Shown: piece by piece, positions 9,590 through 17,537 of the stretch
Position numbering within the stretch: the first letter of the stretch is position 1
Layout of the letters: every line of letters begins with the position of its first letter
Virus record (IMG/VR): IMGVR_UViG_3300013936_000289
Location: 280,064 to 344,063 of that record
Reading direction: 5' to 3' (one strand)
DNA length: 64,000 bases
Source: a virus
Taxonomy: Duplodnaviria > Heunggongvirae > Uroviricota > Caudoviricetes
Translations under genes and position numbers: made by a program
Notes under the pieces: model-generated
Database searches by the model: none
Told to the model about the DNA's origin: nothing
The model's input: only the letters and a program-made list of their open reading frames with translations

Positions 9590-10456
9590 TTATAATTTAT
9601 ATAAATCTGTTTCTTTATGTTCTAGTATTAATTTAACATTATATCCTAATTTTATATATTCATTAAATTTATCTTTCATATTCTAAATATCTAATGTATA
9701 ATTAGATTTTACTTCAACTAATAAATTTTTATTTGAAATATAAAAATCTGGTATTGCGCATCTATATTTCTATTTAATAGAATCATAATATTTTATTCTC
9801 TTACATTCAACATCATAATCAATTTGTTTTGAATCTAAATATAATGCATAATCTAATTCATATGTACTTCGTAAATATACTTTTTTATTATTCCATGTAA
9901 TATGATAGCAATCTTTACCTAATGTATGTGTGGGTCCTTTTAATTTACCATGTAAATATGATACTGTTGTTGATTCACTAAAATGTCGTATAGGAAAATT
10001 ATATGATTTAAATAGATGTAATAAAGTTTCAGAATTATTTATATATTTTTTACAATTATATTTAATATAAATATCTTTTGGTGATAATTGATTAATTACA
10101 TATTCAGTATATAATAAATCTTTAACTTTATTATATTCATCAACAAATTTTTTTGTATATAATGTATTAATATTTAATCCAAATGGTATTAATTTATTAA
10201 ACCATTTTGATGACTAATGTTTTGATATTTCAGGGTTTTCATTATTTAACTATAATGTACCGCAAAAATATTTTTTAATTTTTATATCATTTTTTATATT
10301 ATAATACCTTTTTAATGACTCTGATATTTTTTCTTTTGTTTCGTTAGATATTTTCCTATGTTTATTTGTATATGCACATCTACAACTTCCACAACAAAAT
10401 CGTCCAGAACCATAAATAGGTTTAATATAATATTTCCCACAATTTTCGCAATTCAT
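9590..10456 (-). CDS. free-standing PD-(D/E)XK (TnsA-like) putative homing endonuclease, 288 aa (code 15)
   Basis: MNCENCGK..YGSGRFC Zn finger; LRSTYELDYA...AIPDFY...LVEVKS; joined across TAGs; follows interrupted tRNA-Phe. Confidence 0.75.
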
Positions 10457-10508
10457 AATAAAATTAATTTTATTTATTCGAACTGTATATATGATTTTTC
10501 AGTTAAAG

Positions 10509-10669
10509 TGGACCCTTGTGGAATCGAACCACAACCCCTGGATTGTCTCTATAATTAGAGTCGAACTAATAATTTTATATCCATAAAATATAATATATAG
10601 AGATTAATTTTATACAGTTTATTCTGTTAATTCAGTCCAATGTACAGGCACCAGCCATACGCAAGGTCC
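10509..10669 (-). tRNA. tRNA-Phe(GAA) interrupted by an 86-nt insert (10545-10630) in the anticodon loop
   Basis: GGACCTT/AGGGTCC acceptor; TTGGA-CTGAA|AA-TCCAG after removing insert; TGTGG-TTCGATT-CCACA T arm. Confidence 0.82.
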
Positions 10670-10678
10670 ATTTAATAG

Positions 10679-10751
10679 TAGCGGGAGTGTGACTCGAACA
10701 CACGACCTTCGGGTTATGAGCCAGACAAGCTACCAACTGCTCCATCCCGCA
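10679..10751 (-). tRNA. tRNA-fMet(CAT), copy 2
   Basis: Identical to copy 1 except anticodon stem and variable region (TCTGG/CCCGA). Confidence 0.88.
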
Positions 10752-10791
10752 ATATAATATTTTTATTATTTTTAAATATTCACTAAAATCG

Positions 10792-10862
10792 TTGGACTAC
10801 CGGGATTCGGACCCAGTCTAGAAGAACCAAAATCTTCTGTACTACCATTATACTATAGTCCA
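10792..10862 (-). tRNA. tRNA-Gln(TTG)
   Basis: GAAGA-TTTTGGT-TCTTC; T-loop variant TCCGAAT. Confidence 0.9.
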
Positions 10863-10896
10863 ATGTTTCAATAAACATATCTAATAATATTCATAG

Positions 10897-11132
10897 CGGT
10901 TATAAATGGATTCGAACCATTAATCTCCCTCGACCCAGGGTATTCTATGAGTAAACGATAATTATTGTATTCTCTACTTACTCATAATATAAAAACTAAT
11001 AACGGTAAAAGAGCTTAAGAATAATACCATTTGATCCGCAAACATCTCATATTAGTTTTTATATTACTTCCAATAGATATTCATGTCAATTACCAGTTAT
11101 TAACTACTCCACCTATTTTGAACTATATAACC
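10897..11132 (-). ncRNA. 236-nt tRNA-like RNA with multi-helix insertion
   Basis: GGTTATA/TATAACC acceptor, AATGG-TTCGAAT-CCATT T arm, D-like arm; internal helices ATAAAAACTAATA/TATTAGTTTTTAT and ATGAGTAA/TTACTCAT. Confidence 0.6.
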
Positions 11133-11141
11133 AAATTTTTG

Positions 11142-11216
11142 CGGTGCGTACGGAACTCGAATCCGTGACCTCTACAGTGACAGTGTAGCATTCTGACCAA
11201 ACTGAACTAACGCACC
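11142..11216 (-). tRNA. tRNA-Asp(GTC)
   Basis: CTACA-CTGTCAC-TGTAG, G73. Confidence 0.93.
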
Positions 11217-11238
11217 ATATCTTAACTTACATAACTAA

Positions 11239-11655
11239 TTATCTTTCTGGATGATAATAATCTTTCCAATTATTAAATGTATTTTTAATAGATAAACTTT
11301 GTAAATAATCTATTGAATAGCATTTATTCGTATGTATCATTCTATGATGATTTGGACATACAATAATTAAATTAGAAATATCATCAGTTCCACCATTAGA
11401 TTTTTCTATTATATGATGAATATCACAAGTAGATTCATTCCACCCACATATTGCACATCCTATTTTTGAACGTTTCAATATTTTAGATATTGTTCTTTTA
11501 GAACAATCTAATATACTATTTAATTCATTTTCTTTAGAATGTTTACGTTTTTGTTTACATTCATCACATTTTATATGTCTATCTTTTCTAAAAGTCTTAG
11601 TAGAATAAAACTTTTTATTACAAGATTCACATATATATTCTTTTAATTCTGACAT
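11239..11655 (-). CDS. HNH endonuclease, 138 aa (true start MSELKEY)
   Basis: CAICGWNESTCDIHHII...NLIIVCPNHHRMIH; the longer ORF-track start would run through tRNA-Tyr. Confidence 0.85.
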   Translation of the reverse strand: MSELKEYICESCNKKFYSTKTFRKDRHIKCDECKQKRKHSKENELNSILDCSKRTISKILKRSKIGCAICGWNESTCDIHHIIEKSNGGTDDISNLIIVCPNHHRMIHTNKCYSIDYLQSLSIKNTFNNWKDYYHPER

Positions 11656-11660
11656 ATTTG

Positions 11661-11743
11661 TGGGTGAGGTAGGACTCGAACCTACGAAGTCAAATGACAG
11701 CTGATTTACAGTCAGCCCCCTTTGCCACTCGGGACACTCACCC
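11661..11743 (-). tRNA. tRNA-Tyr(GTA)
   Basis: GCTGA-CTGTAAA-TCAGC, long variable arm, A73. Confidence 0.93.
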
Positions 11744-11748
11744 AAAAT

Positions 11749-11855
11749 TAATGAAATATACAAAAGGAATTGAACCTTTTAATACTCTTATAGCTTACCG
11801 GCTTTACGGTATTTTAATAGCACGCCCTTGCCCTGTGGGATAATATATTTCATTA
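11749..11855 (-). ncRNA. tRNA-like RNA with extended acceptor helix
   Basis: TAATGAAATATA/TATATTTCATTA terminal helix, AAAGG-TTCAATT-CCTTT T arm, CCC/GGG D-like arm, TACCG/CGGTA hairpin. Confidence 0.45.
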
Positions 11856-12073
11856 AATTTTACCTGAAACATTCACCGCTGCCCGTTCACCTATAGGATT
11901 TAAAATAGGTTCTAACCAGAATGAAATTAACATACGCCTTCAAATATATTTTATATTTAGACTTAATAATATATTCTACATGTTTACTTTAATTCATTTA
12001 TTTAATAAGTAATTAAGTATATTGTCTAATAATATAGTTTAATCCTTATTACTGTAATGTTTCACACCTAGCG

Positions 12074-12147
12074 TGGAGATAATGGTACTCGAAACCATGA
12101 CCCTCTGCGTGCAAAGCAGATGCTCTAGCCAACTGAGCTATACCCCC
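12074..12147 (-). tRNA. tRNA-Ala(TGC)
   Basis: TCTGC-TTTGCAC-GCAGA, G3:U70. Confidence 0.93.
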
Positions 12148-12203
12148 AATTTATAGAGATTTAGATAATACCCTATAAAATTCTTTTGAGTTAAAAACAA
12201 TAT

Positions 12204-12417
12204 TTAGATATTTAACTTAATAACATATATAAATTTTATAATATATATGAAGTTAACCTTAAAAACTATATATTAACTATATAGAAAAATAATTATCTAA
12301 ATCTTATCTTTTTAAAAATATGAATTTATTTAATTTTTACATACATAATTTATAAATTAAATTCTTCTAACGACTCAATTCATAAATACTCAATATATAA
12401 AACATAAATATCTTCAT
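12204..12417 (-). repeat. dispersed ~213-bp repeat, copy 1 (copy 2 at 60711-60923, +)
   Basis: Reverse complement aligns through long shared blocks such as TTTAAAAAGATAAGATTTAGATAATTAT and ATATGTTATTAAGTTAAATATCTAA. Confidence 0.85.
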
Positions 12418-12486
12418 ATTTTATGATTCAATATTTATATTGAATAAACATATAAAAGTCTATTTAAATTATAAATATTTTTATTA

Positions 12487-12691
12487 GTTGTCTTGATGGA
12501 TTCGAACACACCTTTATCCTTACAATACATACTTCAATTTTCGCTTCACTAATCATCTTTCACTCCAGTTCCATTTTGCACACTGCACTCGCAGTTAATG
12601 CTCCTTTCCCCTTATCTATATTTCATTTTCATACCTCGTTACTTCTCTTTTCTTTAGGACCATAGTAATACCATGTCTATACGAAAGACAA
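12487..12691 (-). ncRNA. 205-nt tRNA-like RNA with purine-rich insertion
   Basis: TTGTCTT/AAGACAA acceptor, GTA/TAC D stem, bulged T arm GGTGTG-TTCGAAT-CCATC as in the 6685 element. Confidence 0.5.
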
Positions 12692-12701
12692 ACCCAAAAG
12701 G

Positions 12702-12774
12702 TAGATGGTAAGAGATTCGAACTCCTGACAGCTCGGATGTAAGCCGAGAACTCTAACCACTGAGTTAACCATCT
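12702..12774 (-). tRNA. tRNA-Val(TAC)
   Basis: CTCGG-CTTACAT-CCGAG. Confidence 0.93.
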
Positions 12775-13124
12775 AAATCTAGTATACTGCTTTCACAAGT
12801 GGTATACTATAATAAAAATTTAATTTAAATTAAAAATAAGATTAAATAACTAACAGGGTGGAGTTGCACTTCCCTTACTTCATAGTTGCAATACGCAGTG
12901 ATGAACCCTTCTTTTTAAGAAATAAAAGAAATAGCGCTGTTTTTATTTCTTAAATTGTTTAACCCTTACTTTAACGTAAGACTTCATTTACCGTTAAACT
13001 ACGTTATTATTTAATCAATCATCAAAAAACATATTCAGAAACATTATATATCTCCGCCTTGACGGTATCATCTGAATTTGAAAGGTACGAGCCTTCATAT
13101 ATAAAATGTTATGTTTTTAACTTG

Positions 13125-13195
13125 CGGGTACTGAGGGAATCGAACCCACGTCTTCTGATTAACAGTCAGATGCTTGACCTTCCAGCTAAATACCC
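13125..13195 (-). tRNA. tRNA-Asn(GTT), uninterrupted
   Basis: TCTGA-CTGTTAA-TCAGA, G73. Confidence 0.92.
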
Positions 13196-13849
13196 AAATA
13201 TAACTTTAAAGTCAGTTAACTACACATCCGACCGTTACAGTGACACTTCTTATTCTTATAAGATTTATGTATATAACCAAACATTAGCTTGAGTCGTTCA
13301 TTTGTTCTATTCAGCTCGTGGAGATATATCTTTTTGAAAGCAATAGCAATATTAAAAGGACTTTAATATTCTATATATATCTCCTGATGCACTTTGGACA
13401 AGCAGTCTAATATAAGAAATCTTATATAGAGCCTGATATTTTTCAATCATATTTTTCTTTGGCAGCATCATTATTATAAATTCATATAGTTATGTTTGTT
13501 TCCTCACATAAACAATAATGAAATTATTTATGAAGTTACTTTTAAATTTGAAGTTCAATATTATATCTGATTAACTTCTCAGTAACATTAAACATAACAT
13601 ATATTATATGAATAATTTCTATATTTGTCTATCAAAATTTCAAAGAACTTTATTTTTTAATTACAATTCAAAGATACATCTTTATTTTGAATTAAAAAAT
13701 ATTCTAAGAAAAATTTTCAAAAAATTATTTTCTTATTTTGTTATCAATATTTCAAAGAACAATTTTTGTTTGTTATTTTATTAACAATACAAAGATACAT
13801 AATATATTTCAAATAAAAAAATTTGTCTGATAAAAAATCAAAAATATTT

Positions 13850-14098
13850 TTATTTAATCTTTATTATAGTATCATTATCTATAGAACGTCTAATCCATCT
13901 CATAAGAATAAGTGCTCTATCATAATGTGGTAAGAATGCTGCTGTTTCACCTACATCATGTTTATCTGATAAATCTATTTCTATCTAATATATATGATTA
14001 TCATCTGATGTAATGTTATAAACAACAATACCACCTGAATTTACACAAACAATGTCTGCTGTACCCTTAACTAAAGATTTTAAATTAATCTTTTCCAT
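13850..14098 (-). CDS. hypothetical protein, 82 aa (code 15)
   Basis: MEKINLKSLVKGTADIVCVNSGG...HIY(Q)IEIDLSDKHDVGETA...LMRWIRRSID. Confidence 0.7.
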
Positions 14099-14123
14099 TT
14101 TTCTAATTTAATTTATTTTTTAG

Positions 14124-14198
14124 TTGGGGTGGTGGGAGTTGAACCCACTACCAGTATTCTTAATAAGAATACCACTCTGACCGTTGAGTTACACCCCA
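14124..14198 (-). tRNA. atypical tRNA with extended anticodon arm (6-bp stem, TTATTAA loop; apparent anticodon ATT)
   Basis: TGGGGTG/CACCCCA acceptor, canonical D and T arms, anticodon arm 2 nt longer than standard. Confidence 0.65.
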
Positions 14199-14390
14199 CT
14201 ATGGAGTGTTCCTAAATATAATACAACAATATATCATTAAACATATAGGAACATGATTTCTTATGTCAATCCTATATATAATAATGTATAATATAAGATC
14301 AACAATTTATAACTGTATTCGATGCTTATGTATATGTCGTATTAACTTTGTCATATTATTCTTATTTTATTTGTATAAATTTTTAATTTG

Positions 14391-14481
14391 CACACAGAGA
14401 AGGATTCGAACCCTCGAACAGTACATATATACCGTTATTGGTTTTGGAGACCAACTGCATCAACCACTCGCACATCTGTGT
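14391..14481 (-). tRNA. type-II (Ser-like body) tRNA with Trp anticodon CCA
   Basis: ACACAGA/TCTGTGT acceptor, G73, TTGGT-CTCCAAA-ACCAA, ~20-nt variable hairpin. Confidence 0.85.
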
Positions 14482-14797
14482 ATTTCTATAATAAATGAAA
14501 AAAATCTTGAAACTCTCTGTTTATTGCAGAATGTTTCAAGATTTAAAATATATTAATAGTTTTACTATTATTTCTTTATTTATAAACGTATTAACTAATC
14601 ACAATATCTCGTAACATATCTGCATAACAATCTTGTTCATACCAATTAAATGAATCGGCATAAATATCAACGTTATTTTTATATATGTTATTAAATTGCT
14701 TCATAGTTTTTTTGTTTTTAAAAATTATTTCTTTATTATATATATCTAAATTTTTTTCAAAAGTCTCTCATTTTTGAAACTTTTTTTCAAAAAAATA

Positions 14798-15715
14798 TTA
14801 ATTTTTTGTTAATGGAGAAAATAAAGTTAAAAATGTTATTGATTTTGGTGCATAAGTTTCCAATATAGCATCAGCAGAATCTGATATAGTTTTACCTGAT
14901 GTAACTGTATCATCTATAACCAATATCTTCTTATCATTAAGATATTTTCCATATGTAATTTCATCTTTATATATATCATTAATATACATAGATTGAATAA
15001 TTGCATTCCTTAATGGTTTACCTAAAAATTTATATGAAAATATTCCATCATTGCCATTTTTATTTTTTGGTAAATTCATATGCCGTATTGATCTTGATAT
15101 TAACTTATGTATTTTTTCTTCCTCTTCTTTATTTTTACAATGAGTATCAAACCAATCAGTATTTAAAAAACCTTCATATACGTCATTTGCATCAAGCTTC
15201 TGGAAAAAATCAGTATATGTATGTTCGCACGTAATAAGTTTTTTAACTCTATATAATACTTCTGTATTTAATTTATTTGAAGAAGGTATAGTAATAATTA
15301 CATCAAACTTTTCTTTTAATTCTTTTGTAACTGCAACGAATCTACGTAATAAAGCAAATATATCATATGATGGATTTGAAAATTTCCATCCATGCAAACC
15401 TTTTAATGCATAAATTAATGGATTACCATCATATCTATCTTCTGTTTCTTTACGTTTAAATATCGAAATTACCTTATAACCTTCTACTTCATTATATATA
15501 GGTTTCGGGTTCCAAGGATCATTTGTATCTACATATTCTTGATGATTTGGATTGAATGAAACAATATGTGTTTCATCATCAAACTCTATTCCTTCATCCA
15601 TATATGAATTTAATGATTCCAAAATATCATTAATTTTGGAATCATTAAAATTATATTTTTTTAATGTATCTTTAATAGATATTGATATATCTTTTTTTAA
15701 TTTATCTATATTCAT
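14798..15715 (-). CDS. type I phosphoribosyltransferase-domain protein
   Basis: KKILVIDDTVTSGKTI PRPP-binding motif. Confidence 0.75.
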   Translation of the reverse strand: MNIDKLKKDISISIKDTLKKYNFNDSKINDILESLNSYMDEGIEFDDETHIVSFNPNHQEYVDTNDPWNPKPIYNEVEGYKVISIFKRKETEDRYDGNPLIYALKGLHGWKFSNPSYDIFALLRRFVAVTKELKEKFDVIITIPSSNKLNTEVLYRVKKLITCEHTYTDFFQKLDANDVYEGFLNTDWFDTHCKNKEEEEKIHKLISRSIRHMNLPKNKNGNDGIFSYKFLGKPLRNAIIQSMYINDIYKDEITYGKYLNDKKILVIDDTVTSGKTISDSADAILETYAPKSITFLTLFSPLTKN

Positions 15716-16281
15716 TACTCATCAATATTAAGTTTCTCTACTACAATGCCACATTCTTCCAAAAGTTTAATACCTGCATCACTCTTATAATTATTAAGAT
15801 AAACAACACGAGATACCTCTGATTGTACCAAAAGTTTAGCACAATGAATACAAGGAGAAAGTGTTACATATACGGTTCCACCTTTTGCTGATGAATTATA
15901 CTTAGCAAGTTTCGTTACTGCATTGCTTTCAGCATGCAAGGTAATATCCTTTGTAATAAGTCGAAAGCCTGGCATCATACCTTTATTGATATTACGATAT
16001 TGTACAAGAATTTCCTCTTGCTTCTTCTTATCATGATATGATTCAGGAGTTTCAAGTGTTGTATGTTCACCTGTATTGATATTATAGATTTCCTCACAGA
16101 TATTAGGCATTCCAATAGGCATACCATTAAATCCTTGGGAAATTACCTGATCATCCTTAGATACGATAATACAACCTACTTGTTTCTTAATTGCATATGA
16201 AAGCTTACTCATAGCGAGAGCCATGTTCATATATGCAATATCAAATTCATGCTGTCTTTCTATTGATGATTTCTGTGTCAT
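15715..16281 (-). CDS. dCMP deaminase
   Basis: KQVGCIIV..GFNG, HAESNA and TLSPCIHCAK Zn motifs. Confidence 0.9.
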   Translation of the reverse strand: MTQKSSIERQHEFDIAYMNMALAMSKLSYAIKKQVGCIIVSKDDQVISQGFNGMPIGMPNICEEIYNINTGEHTTLETPESYHDKKKQEEILVQYRNINKGMMPGFRLITKDITLHAESNAVTKLAKYNSSAKGGTVYVTLSPCIHCAKLLVQSEVSRVVYLNNYKSDAGIKLLEECGIVVEKLNIDE

Positions 16282-16375
16282 AATTCTTTATATTATTTTT
16301 AATTGTTTATTATCTTATTTTATTAACAATACAAAGATACACATAATTTTTGGAATTAAAAAATCAATTTAAAAT

Positions 16376-16669
16376 TTATTTTTTATCTTTTAACTTTAAA
16401 ATAACTGATGTCAAATTATAGCTTAATTTAAATTTACGATTACCTTTACCTTTAATAGACATTAATATTTTTGCATCAGTTAATGCAGATAATATAAACC
16501 AACTATCTAATAATTCTATATTATTCAGTTTTGATAATATTTTATATGTGACTTTTTCTGATTTATTTAATTTATTATACGTAACCCTATATACAGAATT
16601 ATACTAACGTATATATTTCTTTATTAATTCTGAATATTCAGATTTATATTTAATTTTTAATGTTTGCAT
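16376..16669 (-). pseudogene. possible N-terminal remnant of IS200/IS605 OrfB (TnpB), 97 aa
   Basis: MQTLKIKY...YIR(Q)YNSVYRVTYN...LNNIELLDSWFILSA recalls OrfB N-termini; no RuvC domain. Confidence 0.3.
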
Positions 16670-16977
16670 AAAATATTAATTAGTTATGTTAAATAAAAAG
16701 AAGTCCTGACGATTTTCACAAACAGACAGGACCAGATAGTTAAAATAAATTTTAAATTACGTTATTGATTATAATATTTATTGATAAAATATTCAAAAGT
16801 TTGATTTTTATCAATAAATTTTTAAAATATTTTTCAGTATAAAAGTTCAATATCTATATGAAGCAAATAAGTTTCATTTGTTTCAATATCAATCCATTGA
16901 ATCTTCGACATTCTTTTTACCTTTACGGATTTATTATCCTTTATCCGTAATGCATCCATTATTTCTTCCATAATATA

Positions 16978-17535
16978 TTAAACTAATTTAACATTATTAT
17001 TCTCATCACACAGTCCTACATTCCTGAAATAATCAAACTCTTTTTCATCTGTACAAGTTTTCAATTGTAAATTCAATAATCCCTTAGCAAATGAAACACT
17101 TCCATTAAGCTTGTTTATTTCTTCTTTATCATCCGATTTTATATCAGATAAGAAATTATATAGTCTCAATGCAAAAGTCTTGTTATAGAGAATTCTACCA
17201 TCTTTCACGAGATAATGTTCATCATGTTTAAGATATGTATTAATAACCAACTTAATCATATCTTGTTCTTGTTCTGATAGAAAATCATTTACCTTTGTAT
17301 TTTCTACAATATCTAATATCTGTTTATAATTATCATCATTTTGATAACCACTAAATAAATCTGGTAATCGTCGATATATAAATTTCTTATTATCTATATC
17401 ACACTGATAACCGTTACATGTTAACCAACAATTTCCACAATTTCCAGCAAATGAACAATTATCACAGTTTTTCTCATTATTTGAAACAACTTCATAATAT
17501 ACATTTCCCGGTAATTTTAAAATCTTATTACTCAT
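16978..17535 (-). CDS. hypothetical Cys-rich protein
   Basis: ORF track 185 aa. Confidence 0.7.
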   Translation of the reverse strand: MSNKILKLPGNVYYEVVSNNEKNCDNCSFAGNCGNCWLTCNGYQCDIDNKKFIYRRLPDLFSGYQNDDNYKQILDIVENTKVNDFLSEQEQDMIKLVINTYLKHDEHYLVKDGRILYNKTFALRLYNFLSDIKSDDKEEINKLNGSVSFAKGLLNLQLKTCTDEKEFDYFRNVGLCDENNNVKLV

Positions 17536-17537
17536 AA

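Noticed and set aside
11656-11763. N-terminal extension of the HNH ORF given in the ORF track
   Set aside because: It runs through tRNA-Tyr; the ATG at 11655 is the plausible start
4300-14500. Amber suppressor tRNA (CTA anticodon) and canonical tmRNA
   Set aside because: Looked for but not found in this window; no cloverleaf with CTA and no G3:U70 tmRNA ends. They may lie elsewhere in the genome
4357-14556. Plus-strand ORFs in the tRNA island (4357, 5054, 8486, 10358, 13059, 14263)
   Set aside because: Antisense to tRNA genes or endonuclease genes, with no protein motifs
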